Shown here one piece after another: positions 9,930 to 17,428 of a DNA stretch of 64,000 nucleotides. Under the pieces are notes generated by a model. It had not been told where the DNA came from and searched no databases. It was given only the letters and a program-made list of their open reading frames with translations. The position numbers and the translations under genes were made by a program. Every line of letters begins with the position of its first letter. Within the stretch, counting starts at the first letter, position 1. Source of the stretch: Euzebyales bacterium (GTDB lineage Bacteria > Actinomycetota > Nitriliruptoria > Euzebyales > JAHELV01); the NCBI GenBank assembly GCA_036374135.1, contig DASUUK010000075.1, positions 14,624 through 78,623 on the forward strand, in the 5' to 3' direction.

Positions 9930-10793
9930 TCACCGATCCGGCTCGTCCGGCGGTCGCTGTCCGTCCGATCCACCCGCCGGTGGCTCCGCGCCCTGCAGGT
10001 TCGGCGTGTTGCCCGTCTCGGTCGCCTGTGCGATGTGCTCACGCCGTTCGATCTCGCGCTGCGCTTCGATCGCGTCGCGGTGGGCGGCCTCACCGGTCGC
10101 GCCCGTGCGACGATCGTCCAGCTCGGCGAGACGCTCGACCGGCCCGTAGACCATGAGCGTGTCGCCGGTGCGCACCAGGTAGCTGCCCTTGGGCGCGCCG
10201 AAGTAGTGGTCGCCGCGGATGATGCCCAGCACCAGCAGCCCTTCGTGGGACAGATCGAGCTCCGCCAGCGTCTTCTCGGTCATCCAGTCGTCCGTCTCGA
10301 CCAGGAGCTCGGAGATCCCGTAGTCGCCGGACAGGCGGAGCATGTGCCCGTAGTCGCGGATGTCGACATCGGTCATGCGCTTGACGATCCCGGCGAACAC
10401 GCGGGCCAGGGTGCGGTCCAGGGTCGGGATGCGCAGGATCAGCCACAGCACGAAGACCCCGCCGATGATCATGAGTCCGCGCTCGAATCCCGCGCCGAAC
10501 CCTGACACGTTCCACATCGATGCGATCAGCGTCGCGATGATGGCCGCGCTGCCCAGGCTGCCGACCGTCATCAACATCATGACGATGCGCCGGCGCGCCG
10601 GATGGCTGACGACCGACTCCGACTCGTTGGTGGTGTAGCCCGCGCCCGACAGCGCCGACCGTGCCTGGAACTTGGCGATCGGTCGCGGGAGGCCCGTCGC
10701 GGTCAGTGCGATCGTGCCCAGCCGGCCGATGAGCAGCGTGAAGGCCGCCACGAGCAGCAACGAGACGACCTGGAACACCGTCGCTCCTTCCAC
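9930..10793 (-). CDS. Membrane protein with C-terminal RCK_C/TrkA-C domain (putative ion channel/transporter component)
   Basis: 287 aa. N-terminal TM helices, then a TrkA-C-like segment (LAELDLSHEGLLVLGIIRGDHYFGAPKGSYLVRTGDTLMVYG). One of only two minus-strand genes. Confidence 0.6.
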   Translation of the reverse strand: MEGATVFQVVSLLLVAAFTLLIGRLGTIALTATGLPRPIAKFQARSALSGAGYTTNESESVVSHPARRRIVMMLMTVGSLGSAAIIATLIASMWNVSGFGAGFERGLMIIGGVFVLWLILRIPTLDRTLARVFAGIVKRMTDVDIRDYGHMLRLSGDYGISELLVETDDWMTEKTLAELDLSHEGLLVLGIIRGDHYFGAPKGSYLVRTGDTLMVYGPVERLAELDDRRTGATGEAAHRDAIEAQREIERREHIAQATETGNTPNLQGAEPPAGGSDGQRPPDEPDR

Positions 10794-10972
10794 GCTCCCG
10801 CGCGCCAGGTGAGGTTGTGCCGAGTGTGTCCGCGGCCGGCCCGTGGCGCCAGGGGTATCGTGCGATCGACCGACCGGAGACGACGTCGTGCCCCGACCGT
10901 GGGCAGCCCGCTGGTCACGGTACCGCCGCCGCCGTGGTCACGGGAGCAGGTTCGGCGCCAGAAGGGCAGAGG

Positions 10973-11644
10973 ATGTCGGAGCGTGTGATCGACCGTTTGG
11001 TGCTGGGGATCTGGCAGGCGAACTGCTTCATCGTGGGTGACCGCGAGCACGCCACCGCGGTCATCGTCGACCCCGGCCAGGACGGTGCCGAACGCATCGC
11101 CGGCCGGCTCGACGCGCTCGGCCTGACGTGCGAGGCCGTGCTGCTGACCCACGGCCACCTCGACCACCTGTGGTCGGCGCCGACGTTGGCCGACAAGCTC
11201 GACGTCCCGGTGCTGCTGCATCCCGAGGACCGCTGGCTCTGGGACAACCCGGCCGCCGGCTTCGGGGCGCCCCTGGCGGGGCTGGAGCAGCAGTTCGGTC
11301 TCCGGTGGGCACCGCCGACGGAGCGGCTCGAGCCGATCGCCGACGGGCAGGTGCTGCCGCACGCGGGCCTGCGACTGCGGGTCCGCCACACGCCGGGGCA
11401 CACACCCGGCTCGTGCGTGTTCGTGACCGAGGACGACGAACCGATCATGCTCTCGGGCGACCTGCTGTTCGCGGGATCCGTGGGTCGGACGGACTTCCCG
11501 CGCGGATCGATGAGTGAGCAGAACGACTCGTTGCGCCGGGTGGTCCTGCCATTGGATGACGGCACGACGGTCCACCCCGGCCACGGACCGGACACGACGG
11601 TCGGGACGGAGCGCTCGACGAACCCGTTCCTGCGCGCCCTCTGA
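10973..11644 (+). CDS. MBL-fold metallo-hydrolase (glyoxalase II-like)
   Basis: ATG 10973 inside ORF 10817..11644. Metal-binding motif LTHGHLDH, later HTPGHTPGS and GDLLFAGSVGRTD. Confidence 0.8.
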   Translation: MSERVIDRLVLGIWQANCFIVGDREHATAVIVDPGQDGAERIAGRLDALGLTCEAVLLTHGHLDHLWSAPTLADKLDVPVLLHPEDRWLWDNPAAGFGAPLAGLEQQFGLRWAPPTERLEPIADGQVLPHAGLRLRVRHTPGHTPGSCVFVTEDDEPIMLSGDLLFAGSVGRTDFPRGSMSEQNDSLRRVVLPLDDGTTVHPGHGPDTTVGTERSTNPFLRAL

Positions 11645-11658
11645 CGCCCCACCACGCG

Positions 11659-11840
11659 TTCCGGCAACCACCTTTCTGCACGGATCGCGGGGTGGTTGTC
11701 ATTTCGCGGGTATATGCGGTGATTCTGCAACCACCCCGCTGCCGGGGCGCCCACCCCGGGTTCCGGCTACCACCTTTCTGCACGGATCGCGGGGTGGTTG
11801 TCATTTCGCGGGTATATGCGGTGATTCTGCAACCACCCCG
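11659..11840. repeat. Tandem duplication of an 80-bp element (11659-11738 and 11761-11840, 79/80 identical, 102-bp period) with alternative hairpins
   Basis: Read directly from the sequence. Each copy carries CAACCACC ... GGGGTGGTTG ... CAACCACCCC around a locally AT-richer core tcatttcgcgggtatatgcggtgattctg. It lies between convergent genes. Confidence 0.9.
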
Positions 11841-11925
11841 TCCCGGGCGTCCACCCCGTCCCGGGCGACGCCCCGACGCCGGCTTTGCCGCGCCCAACCC
11901 CGTCCCGGAGCGACCCGGGTCCGGA

Positions 11926-12789
11926 TCAGGTGATCCGGGCGCCGCTCAGCACAACGCCCAGCGCCAGCAGGAGCAGCAGCGCCACGACCCCGCGGAACGC
12001 TGCGCGTTCGCGTCCACGCGCGGTCGCGACGACGACCCACGCCAGGCCCAGCGATCCCGCTCCACCGATCGCCAGCCCCGCGGGCCACAGCGGGACGCCG
12101 GTGGCGACCAGCGCGATGCCGACGGCCACGAGCGTCGTGGCGAGCCACGAGGCGCGGCGACGTCCCAGACGGTGCGGCAGGCCCTCCACGCCGGACGCCC
12201 GATCCTGCGCGAGATCCGGGATGGCGTTGGCGAGGTGTGCGCCACCACCGAGCACGGCACCGGCGGCGACGATCCACCAGGCCGGCCAGCGCTCCAGCGG
12301 CCTGGTCAGCGTGACCACCGCCGGCAGCAGACCGAACGCCACCATCCACGGCACGATGCTGAACGCCGTGCGCTTCGCCACGGCGTTGTACAGCCAGCCC
12401 GCCGCGACACCGACCAGGTGCGCTGCCGCGGCGGCAGGACCAAGCGCGAGCGACGCGACGACGCACACGGTCAGCGCGATCACCGCTGCGGCGAGCACCG
12501 TCCCGGCGCCCACGTCGCCCCGCGCGACGGGCTTGTCCACCCGCCCGCCCGCACGGTCACGGTCACGATCGAGCCAGTCGTTGCTCCATCCGATGGACAA
12601 CTGGCCGGTGCCGACGGCCACGGCGACGAGCACAGCACGTGAGCCCAGCCCTGCACCGACGGCCAGTGCCGTGGCGGCCAGCGTCACCGCGGCCGACGGC
12701 TCGGGGTGGGCGGCGCGCAGCAGCGCTGTCGCTCGGCGTAGCATGGGCCGCCGCACCCGCCGGGGTGCCTCGCGTTCGCCGCTGCTCAT
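11926..12789 (-). CDS. UbiA-family prenyltransferase (start uncertain)
   Basis: ORF 11926..12837. Multi-TM protein with the Asp-rich motif NDWLDRDRD. ATG 12789 (or 12744) was chosen so it does not overlap the divergent aspS start. Confidence 0.7.
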   Translation of the reverse strand: MSSGEREAPRRVRRPMLRRATALLRAAHPEPSAAVTLAATALAVGAGLGSRAVLVAVAVGTGQLSIGWSNDWLDRDRDRAGGRVDKPVARGDVGAGTVLAAAVIALTVCVVASLALGPAAAAAHLVGVAAGWLYNAVAKRTAFSIVPWMVAFGLLPAVVTLTRPLERWPAWWIVAAGAVLGGGAHLANAIPDLAQDRASGVEGLPHRLGRRRASWLATTLVAVGIALVATGVPLWPAGLAIGGAGSLGLAWVVVATARGRERAAFRGVVALLLLLALGVVLSGARIT

Positions 12790-12836
12790 GCGGCACGTCC
12801 ACACACAAGGATCATCCGGTGACCCCCTACGGAGCA

Positions 12837-14597
12837 ATGCGGACCCACGGCGCAGGAACGCTGCGGGCGGGTGACGACGGTACCGCAGTCGTGCTCGCCG
12901 GTTGGGTGGCGCGCCGCCGCGATCACGGTGGGGTGGCGTTCCTGGATCTGCGTGACCGCACCGGCATCGTCCAGGTCGTGGCCGACCCCGAGGCCGACGA
13001 GGCGCTGCAGGCCGCGCACGACGTCCGCAGCGAGTACGTCATCCGGGTCCACGGCGACGTGCGGCTCCGCCCGGAGGGCATGACCAACGAGCGGCTGGAC
13101 ACCGGCGACGTCGAGGTCGCCGCATCGAGGCTGGAGGTGCTCGCCCCCGCCGACACGCCGCCGTTCCCGATCGACGACCGCGTTGAGGTCGACGAGCTGA
13201 TGCGGTTGCGCTACCGCTATCTGGACATCCGTCGGGCACCGGTCTCGCGGGTGCTGGCGGTCCGGTCGCAGACGACCCGGATCATCCGCGAGGTCATGGA
13301 CGCACACGGGTTCGTCGACGTCGAAACCCCGCTGCTCACCCGGTCGACGCCCGAGGGGGCGCGCGACTTCCTGGTGCCGTCCCGCATGCGCTCCGGCGCG
13401 TTCTACGCGCTGCCGCAGTCACCGCAGCTGTTCAAGCAACTGCTGATGGTCGCCGGGATCGAGCGCTACTACCAGATCGCGCGGTGCTTCCGCGACGAGG
13501 ACTTCCGCGCCGACCGCCAGCCCGAGTTCACCCAGCTCGACGTCGAGGCGAGCTTCATCGACGAGGAGGACATCTACGCCCTCGTCGAGGAGTTGCTGTC
13601 CACGGTCTGGGCACGCGTCCTGGACGTCAAGCTCGACCCACCGTTCCGGCGCATGCGCTACGCGGAGACGATGTCGCGCTTCGGGACGGACCGCCCCGAT
13701 CTGCGGTTCGGTCTCGAGCTGGTCGATCTGCGCGAGGTCTTCGGCGCCACCCAGGTCGGTGTGTTCTCCGGTGCGCTCGACGCCGGGGGCACGGTCATCG
13801 CCGTGTGCCTGCCCGGTGGGGGATCGCTCACGCGCAAGCAGTTCGACGGCTGGGTCGACTTCGCCCGGGCGCGTGGCGCGAAGGGGCTGGCGTGGGCGGT
13901 CGTCAACGACGATCACACCCTGCGCAGTCCGCTGGCCAAGTTCATGAGCGACGACGAGGTTGCTGGCCTGCTGGCGGCGACCGACGCAGGGCCGGGTGAC
14001 GCAATCTTCTTCGGCGCCGGCGTCGAACGTGCCACGCAGGAGCTCATGGGCGCGCTGCGCGTGGCTCTGGCGCGTGATGGCGATCTCGTGCCGACGGACC
14101 GCTGGGAGTTCGTGTGGATCACCGAGCCGCCGGTGGTCGAGTGGAACGACGGCGAACGACGCTGGGATGCGGTGCACCATCCGTTCACGGCGCCGACCGA
14201 CCAGGCGCTCGAACTGCTCGACAGCGATCCGGGTGCCATGGCCGCCCGCGCGTACGACATCGTGCTCAACGGCACGGAGCTCGGTGGAGGGTCGATCCGG
14301 ATCAACCGGGCGGACCTCCAACGGCGGATCTTCGACGTCCTCGGCATCGATCCCGGGACGGCCGTCGAGCGCTTCGGGTTCCTGCTCGACGCGTTCTCCT
14401 ACGGCGCGCCCCCGCACGGTGGCATCGCGTTCGGGCTCGATCGGCTGGTCATGCTGCTGGCCGGCGAGGACTCGATCCGCGACGTCATCCCGTTCCCAAA
14501 GACCCAGACGGGTGCCGATGTCCTGACGGGCGCCCCGTCACCCGTCGACGACGACCAGTTGCGCGCCCTGGGTCTGCGCGCGCGTCCGGTCCGCTGA
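12837..14597 (+). CDS. aspS: Aspartate--tRNA ligase
   Basis: ATG 12837 inside ORF 12639..14597. MRTHGAGTLR..., class II motifs FRDEDFRADRQPEFTQLD and GGGSIRI, ending in GLDRLVMLL. Confidence 0.95.
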   Translation: MRTHGAGTLRAGDDGTAVVLAGWVARRRDHGGVAFLDLRDRTGIVQVVADPEADEALQAAHDVRSEYVIRVHGDVRLRPEGMTNERLDTGDVEVAASRLEVLAPADTPPFPIDDRVEVDELMRLRYRYLDIRRAPVSRVLAVRSQTTRIIREVMDAHGFVDVETPLLTRSTPEGARDFLVPSRMRSGAFYALPQSPQLFKQLLMVAGIERYYQIARCFRDEDFRADRQPEFTQLDVEASFIDEEDIYALVEELLSTVWARVLDVKLDPPFRRMRYAETMSRFGTDRPDLRFGLELVDLREVFGATQVGVFSGALDAGGTVIAVCLPGGGSLTRKQFDGWVDFARARGAKGLAWAVVNDDHTLRSPLAKFMSDDEVAGLLAATDAGPGDAIFFGAGVERATQELMGALRVALARDGDLVPTDRWEFVWITEPPVVEWNDGERRWDAVHHPFTAPTDQALELLDSDPGAMAARAYDIVLNGTELGGGSIRINRADLQRRIFDVLGIDPGTAVERFGFLLDAFSYGAPPHGGIAFGLDRLVMLLAGEDSIRDVIPFPKTQTGADVLTGAPSPVDDDQLRALGLRARPVR

Positions 14598-14631
14598 CCA
14601 CACGGCATGGCCGAGTAGATCACGTCGTTGC

Positions 14632-16080
14632 ATGGGGACGATGCCCGTTGACGACCAGGTTTGCCATACTGGACCGGCGATGAGTGCGACACGCCCGACC
14701 ACGCCGCGCAACGATGACGTGCGCGTGGAGACCGATCCGGAACTCCCGCTGCTCGGCCGTCTGAACCGCCGCGGGTTCCGCCTGCTCATGGCGGCCGACA
14801 TGCTGGTGATCGTCGCGTCGATCATCGTGCCGGTCGCCATCGGTGTCGCCTTCGGACTGCTGCGGCTGACGTGGCCGACGAGCTACTACGTCGTGGGGTA
14901 TCTGCTCGCGGTCGGCATCCACTTCGTCAGCTTCTACTTCGGTGGCCTGTACGAGCGCGAGCAGCGGCTCGGCAGCCGGCCGGTGCTCCCGCGGATCGTC
15001 AGCATGTCGATCGGCGCGATGCTGCTGGTCGCGCTCGTACAGCAGTTCACGGTGGTCCGCACGGAGATCCGTGTGGTCCCGCTGTCGGTGCTGCTGTTCG
15101 TCCCGGTGCTCGTGTCACTGGGACTGGCAGCCAACCGCCGGATCTCCCGGACGATGCGGGCGCGTCGCGAGGGTCCGCCGCGGGTCCTCCTGGCCGGCGT
15201 GCCCGACGACGTCAACCTGGCGCGTGAGCACATCGAGGACGTGGGTGGCACAGCGGACATCGTTGGCTCGACCACGAAGGTCACGGACCTGCTGGCGTTA
15301 CAGCAGCAGACGGGGGCGACCGATGTGCTGGTCGTGACCTCGCGGCTGATCGACGACGCCTACCCCGAGCCGTTGTCGACGCTCGAGACGCTGGGCGTCA
15401 ACGTGCTGCGCCGCATCTCGGCGCAGGACACGCTGCTCGGGCTCAGCGGCGTCCGCGAGGTGGCGGGCCTGCCGTTCGTGGTCCTCGGCGGCTCGGCCCT
15501 ACCCTCGTCACGCGCGCGGTTCAAGCGGACGATCGAACTGCTGGAACTGCTGGTCCTCTCGCCGCTGTGGGTGACGGCCGGCGTCGGCATCGGGCTGTAC
15601 GTCTTGGCGACCGCCGGCCGTCCCGTGCTGTTCTGGCAGCGACGCGTCGGGATGGATGGACGCCCGTTCCACATGGTCAAGTTCCGCACGATGCGCACCG
15701 ATGCCGAACTCGCCGTCGGTCCGGTCCTGGCCGCGGCCGACGACGCGCGGGTGGTGCCGGCCCTGGAGTGGCTGCGGCGGACGAGGCTCGACGAGCTGCC
15801 GAACCTGTGGAACGTGGTGCGTGGCGAAATGTCGATCGTCGGACCGCGACCCGAACGACCCGAGCTGACCGAGCAGTTCGAGGGCGTCATCCCGGGCTAC
15901 GACCGTCGTCACGAGATCCCGCCGGGTCTGACCGGTCTGGCACAGGTCCACGGCCGCTACCACACGGATCCGGAGTACAAGCTCGGCTACGACCTGCAGT
16001 ACCTCGTCAACTGGTCGCCCGTGCTGGACCTGCAGATCCAGCTGCGCACCATCTGGGTCATGGTGACCCGCCGGCTGTGA
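14632..16080 (+). CDS. Polyprenyl-phosphate sugar phosphotransferase (WbaP/bacterial sugar transferase family)
   Basis: 482 aa. N-terminal TM bundle and a C-terminal sugar-transferase domain (FWQRRVGMDGRPFHMVKFRTM, DELPNLWNVVRGEMSIVGPRP). No other polysaccharide genes are adjacent. Confidence 0.85.
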   Translation: MGTMPVDDQVCHTGPAMSATRPTTPRNDDVRVETDPELPLLGRLNRRGFRLLMAADMLVIVASIIVPVAIGVAFGLLRLTWPTSYYVVGYLLAVGIHFVSFYFGGLYEREQRLGSRPVLPRIVSMSIGAMLLVALVQQFTVVRTEIRVVPLSVLLFVPVLVSLGLAANRRISRTMRARREGPPRVLLAGVPDDVNLAREHIEDVGGTADIVGSTTKVTDLLALQQQTGATDVLVVTSRLIDDAYPEPLSTLETLGVNVLRRISAQDTLLGLSGVREVAGLPFVVLGGSALPSSRARFKRTIELLELLVLSPLWVTAGVGIGLYVLATAGRPVLFWQRRVGMDGRPFHMVKFRTMRTDAELAVGPVLAAADDARVVPALEWLRRTRLDELPNLWNVVRGEMSIVGPRPERPELTEQFEGVIPGYDRRHEIPPGLTGLAQVHGRYHTDPEYKLGYDLQYLVNWSPVLDLQIQLRTIWVMVTRRL

Positions 16081-16143
16081 TGTCCACACCCTCACGCGGT
16101 GCGGCCTTTCATGATGTAACGTGCATTCTCAGTCTATCTGGGG

Positions 16144-16617
16144 GTGTGGCGAATGCAGCGAGAGGTCAACGCCAGTGGTCCGGTCTACGGTCCGTCGTGG
16201 CGCCGGCACGGTGGCCGCCGGCAGGTCGCCGCGCGCGTGGCCCGGTCGCTGCGGCCGGTCGCCCACCTGCTCGGCGCGGTGGTCAGCACCGAGCTCGTCA
16301 TGCCCTTCGCCGGGCACTGGTACCGGCCCGACGTCGGCGTCGTCGCCGCGGATGCGGTGACCCACGGCGGCGTGGTCTCGTCCGCACCGCACCTCGTGGT
16401 GAGCCTCGGTGGACCGCTGACGGCTCGCGACTGGCTCGCGGCCGGCGCCGACGTCGTGTGGGCACGACACGGCGAGGTCGTGGAGCAACTGACGCGCGGA
16501 GGCGTGCACCGACTGGAGCCCGGACAGTGGCTGGTGCATCCCCACCATCCGACGCTGCGGCTCGCCGCCTCCGATCTGATCCTGCCTGCGTCCGCCGATG
16601 CGCGGATCGGCGCGTGA
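16144..16617 (+). CDS. Hypothetical protein, weak resemblance to a degenerate Uma2/DUF820 nuclease fold
   Basis: 157-aa ORF preceded by a locally AT-rich stretch (16108-16140). Segments YRPDVGVV, APHLVVSL and AAGADVVW recall Uma2 motifs, but the acidic residue expected in the VVEV-type motif is absent. Coding status is unproven. Confidence 0.3.
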   Translation: MWRMQREVNASGPVYGPSWRRHGGRRQVAARVARSLRPVAHLLGAVVSTELVMPFAGHWYRPDVGVVAADAVTHGGVVSSAPHLVVSLGGPLTARDWLAAGADVVWARHGEVVEQLTRGGVHRLEPGQWLVHPHHPTLRLAASDLILPASADARIGA

Positions 16618-16684
16618 CCGTCTAGGCTGCGGAGCCATCCCCGCCAGCGGCGCGATCGACCCGTGCCAGCCGAAAGGACCATCC

Positions 16685-17122
16685 GTGCGCAGCTCGTTCA
16701 TGATCGGACTGATCGTCGCGGTCGTCGCCGCGATCTTCGTCGTTCTCGGCCTGGCCTTCGACGGCGCGAGCTTCCTCGGTGTGGCGGCGATCGTTGCTGC
16801 GGTCGGGTTCGGGGCGGCGATGGTCGGCGTGCTGGCACTGCTCGCGAACCTCGTGACGACCGTCCAGCAGCTGACGACGACCGTCAAGCAGATCACCGAC
16901 GAGACCGTTCCGCTGCTCGGCGGGATCAACGAGACCGTCGCGGGCGTCAACACCGAGCTCGCACGGATCGATACCATCGTGGCGAGCGTCCAACAGGTGT
17001 CGTACCGCGCTGAGGGTGTCGCGGGCGTCCTGCACGCAGCGGTCGCCAACCCCCTGATCAAGGGCATCGCGTTCGTCACCGGGACCCGTGCGGCGGCCAA
17101 GGCGGCACGCAGGGTCACCTGA
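16685..17122 (+). CDS. DUF948-like membrane protein
   Basis: GTG 16685 lies 6-7 nt after GAAAGGA inside ORF 16598..17122. N-terminal TM, then a coiled T/V/Q-rich region and NPLIKGIAFVTG, as in DUF948 proteins found upstream of alaS in actinobacteria. Confidence 0.65.
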   Translation: MRSSFMIGLIVAVVAAIFVVLGLAFDGASFLGVAAIVAAVGFGAAMVGVLALLANLVTTVQQLTTTVKQITDETVPLLGGINETVAGVNTELARIDTIVASVQQVSYRAEGVAGVLHAAVANPLIKGIAFVTGTRAAAKAARRVT

Positions 17123-17164
17123 GGACCCACAGCCACCGTCCCAGCTGCAGCGCAAGGATCCACC

Positions 17165-17428
17165 ATGTTCTCTCGGATGTTCTTCGCCGTCGTCGGCCTG
17201 GGTGCCGGCGTCGCCCTCGGCGTGTGGACGATCCGCAAGATCGAGCACGCCGGCCAGCAGCTGTCGCCCGACGCGCTCGTGTCGCGCGCCGGTGAGCGCG
17301 CCAGCGGCCTGGGCGCCCGGCTCAACGAGGCACTCGCGGTCGGGCGCGTCGCAGCGCAGGAACGGGAGGCGGAGCTGCGCGCTGAGTTCCTCAACGGCAG
17401 CGGGAGTGGTCACGATGCGCTCGGTTGA
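17165..17428 (+). CDS. Small membrane protein (hypothetical)
   Basis: 87 aa. AAGGA lies 7 nt upstream of the ATG. One TM helix, FFAVVGLGAGVALGVW. The 3' end overlaps the alaS start by 14 nt. Confidence 0.5.
   Translation: MFSRMFFAVVGLGAGVALGVWTIRKIEHAGQQLSPDALVSRAGERASGLGARLNEALAVGRVAAQEREAELRAEFLNGSGSGHDALG

Noticed and set aside
11659-11840. Tandem 80-bp element as a CRISPR array
   Set aside because: There are only two repeats, the repeat (80 bp) is far longer than the 22-bp spacer, and there are no cas genes in the window. The same holds for the 36-bp and 42-bp tandem repeats.
11692-12874. Plus-strand ORFs 11692..12642 and 11885..12874 starting in the tandem element
   Set aside because: They are antisense to the UbiA-family gene, which has clear TM helices and the NDxxDxxxD motif. 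Their N-termini are simply the repeat read as protein.
16129-17394. 421-aa minus-strand ORF spanning the hypothetical/DUF948/small-protein region
   Set aside because: It overlaps the DUF948-like and small TM genes, which have RBS-supported starts and sensible hydrophobic segments on the + strand. The minus-strand product is Ala/Arg/Ser/Thr/Pro-rich with no motifs.
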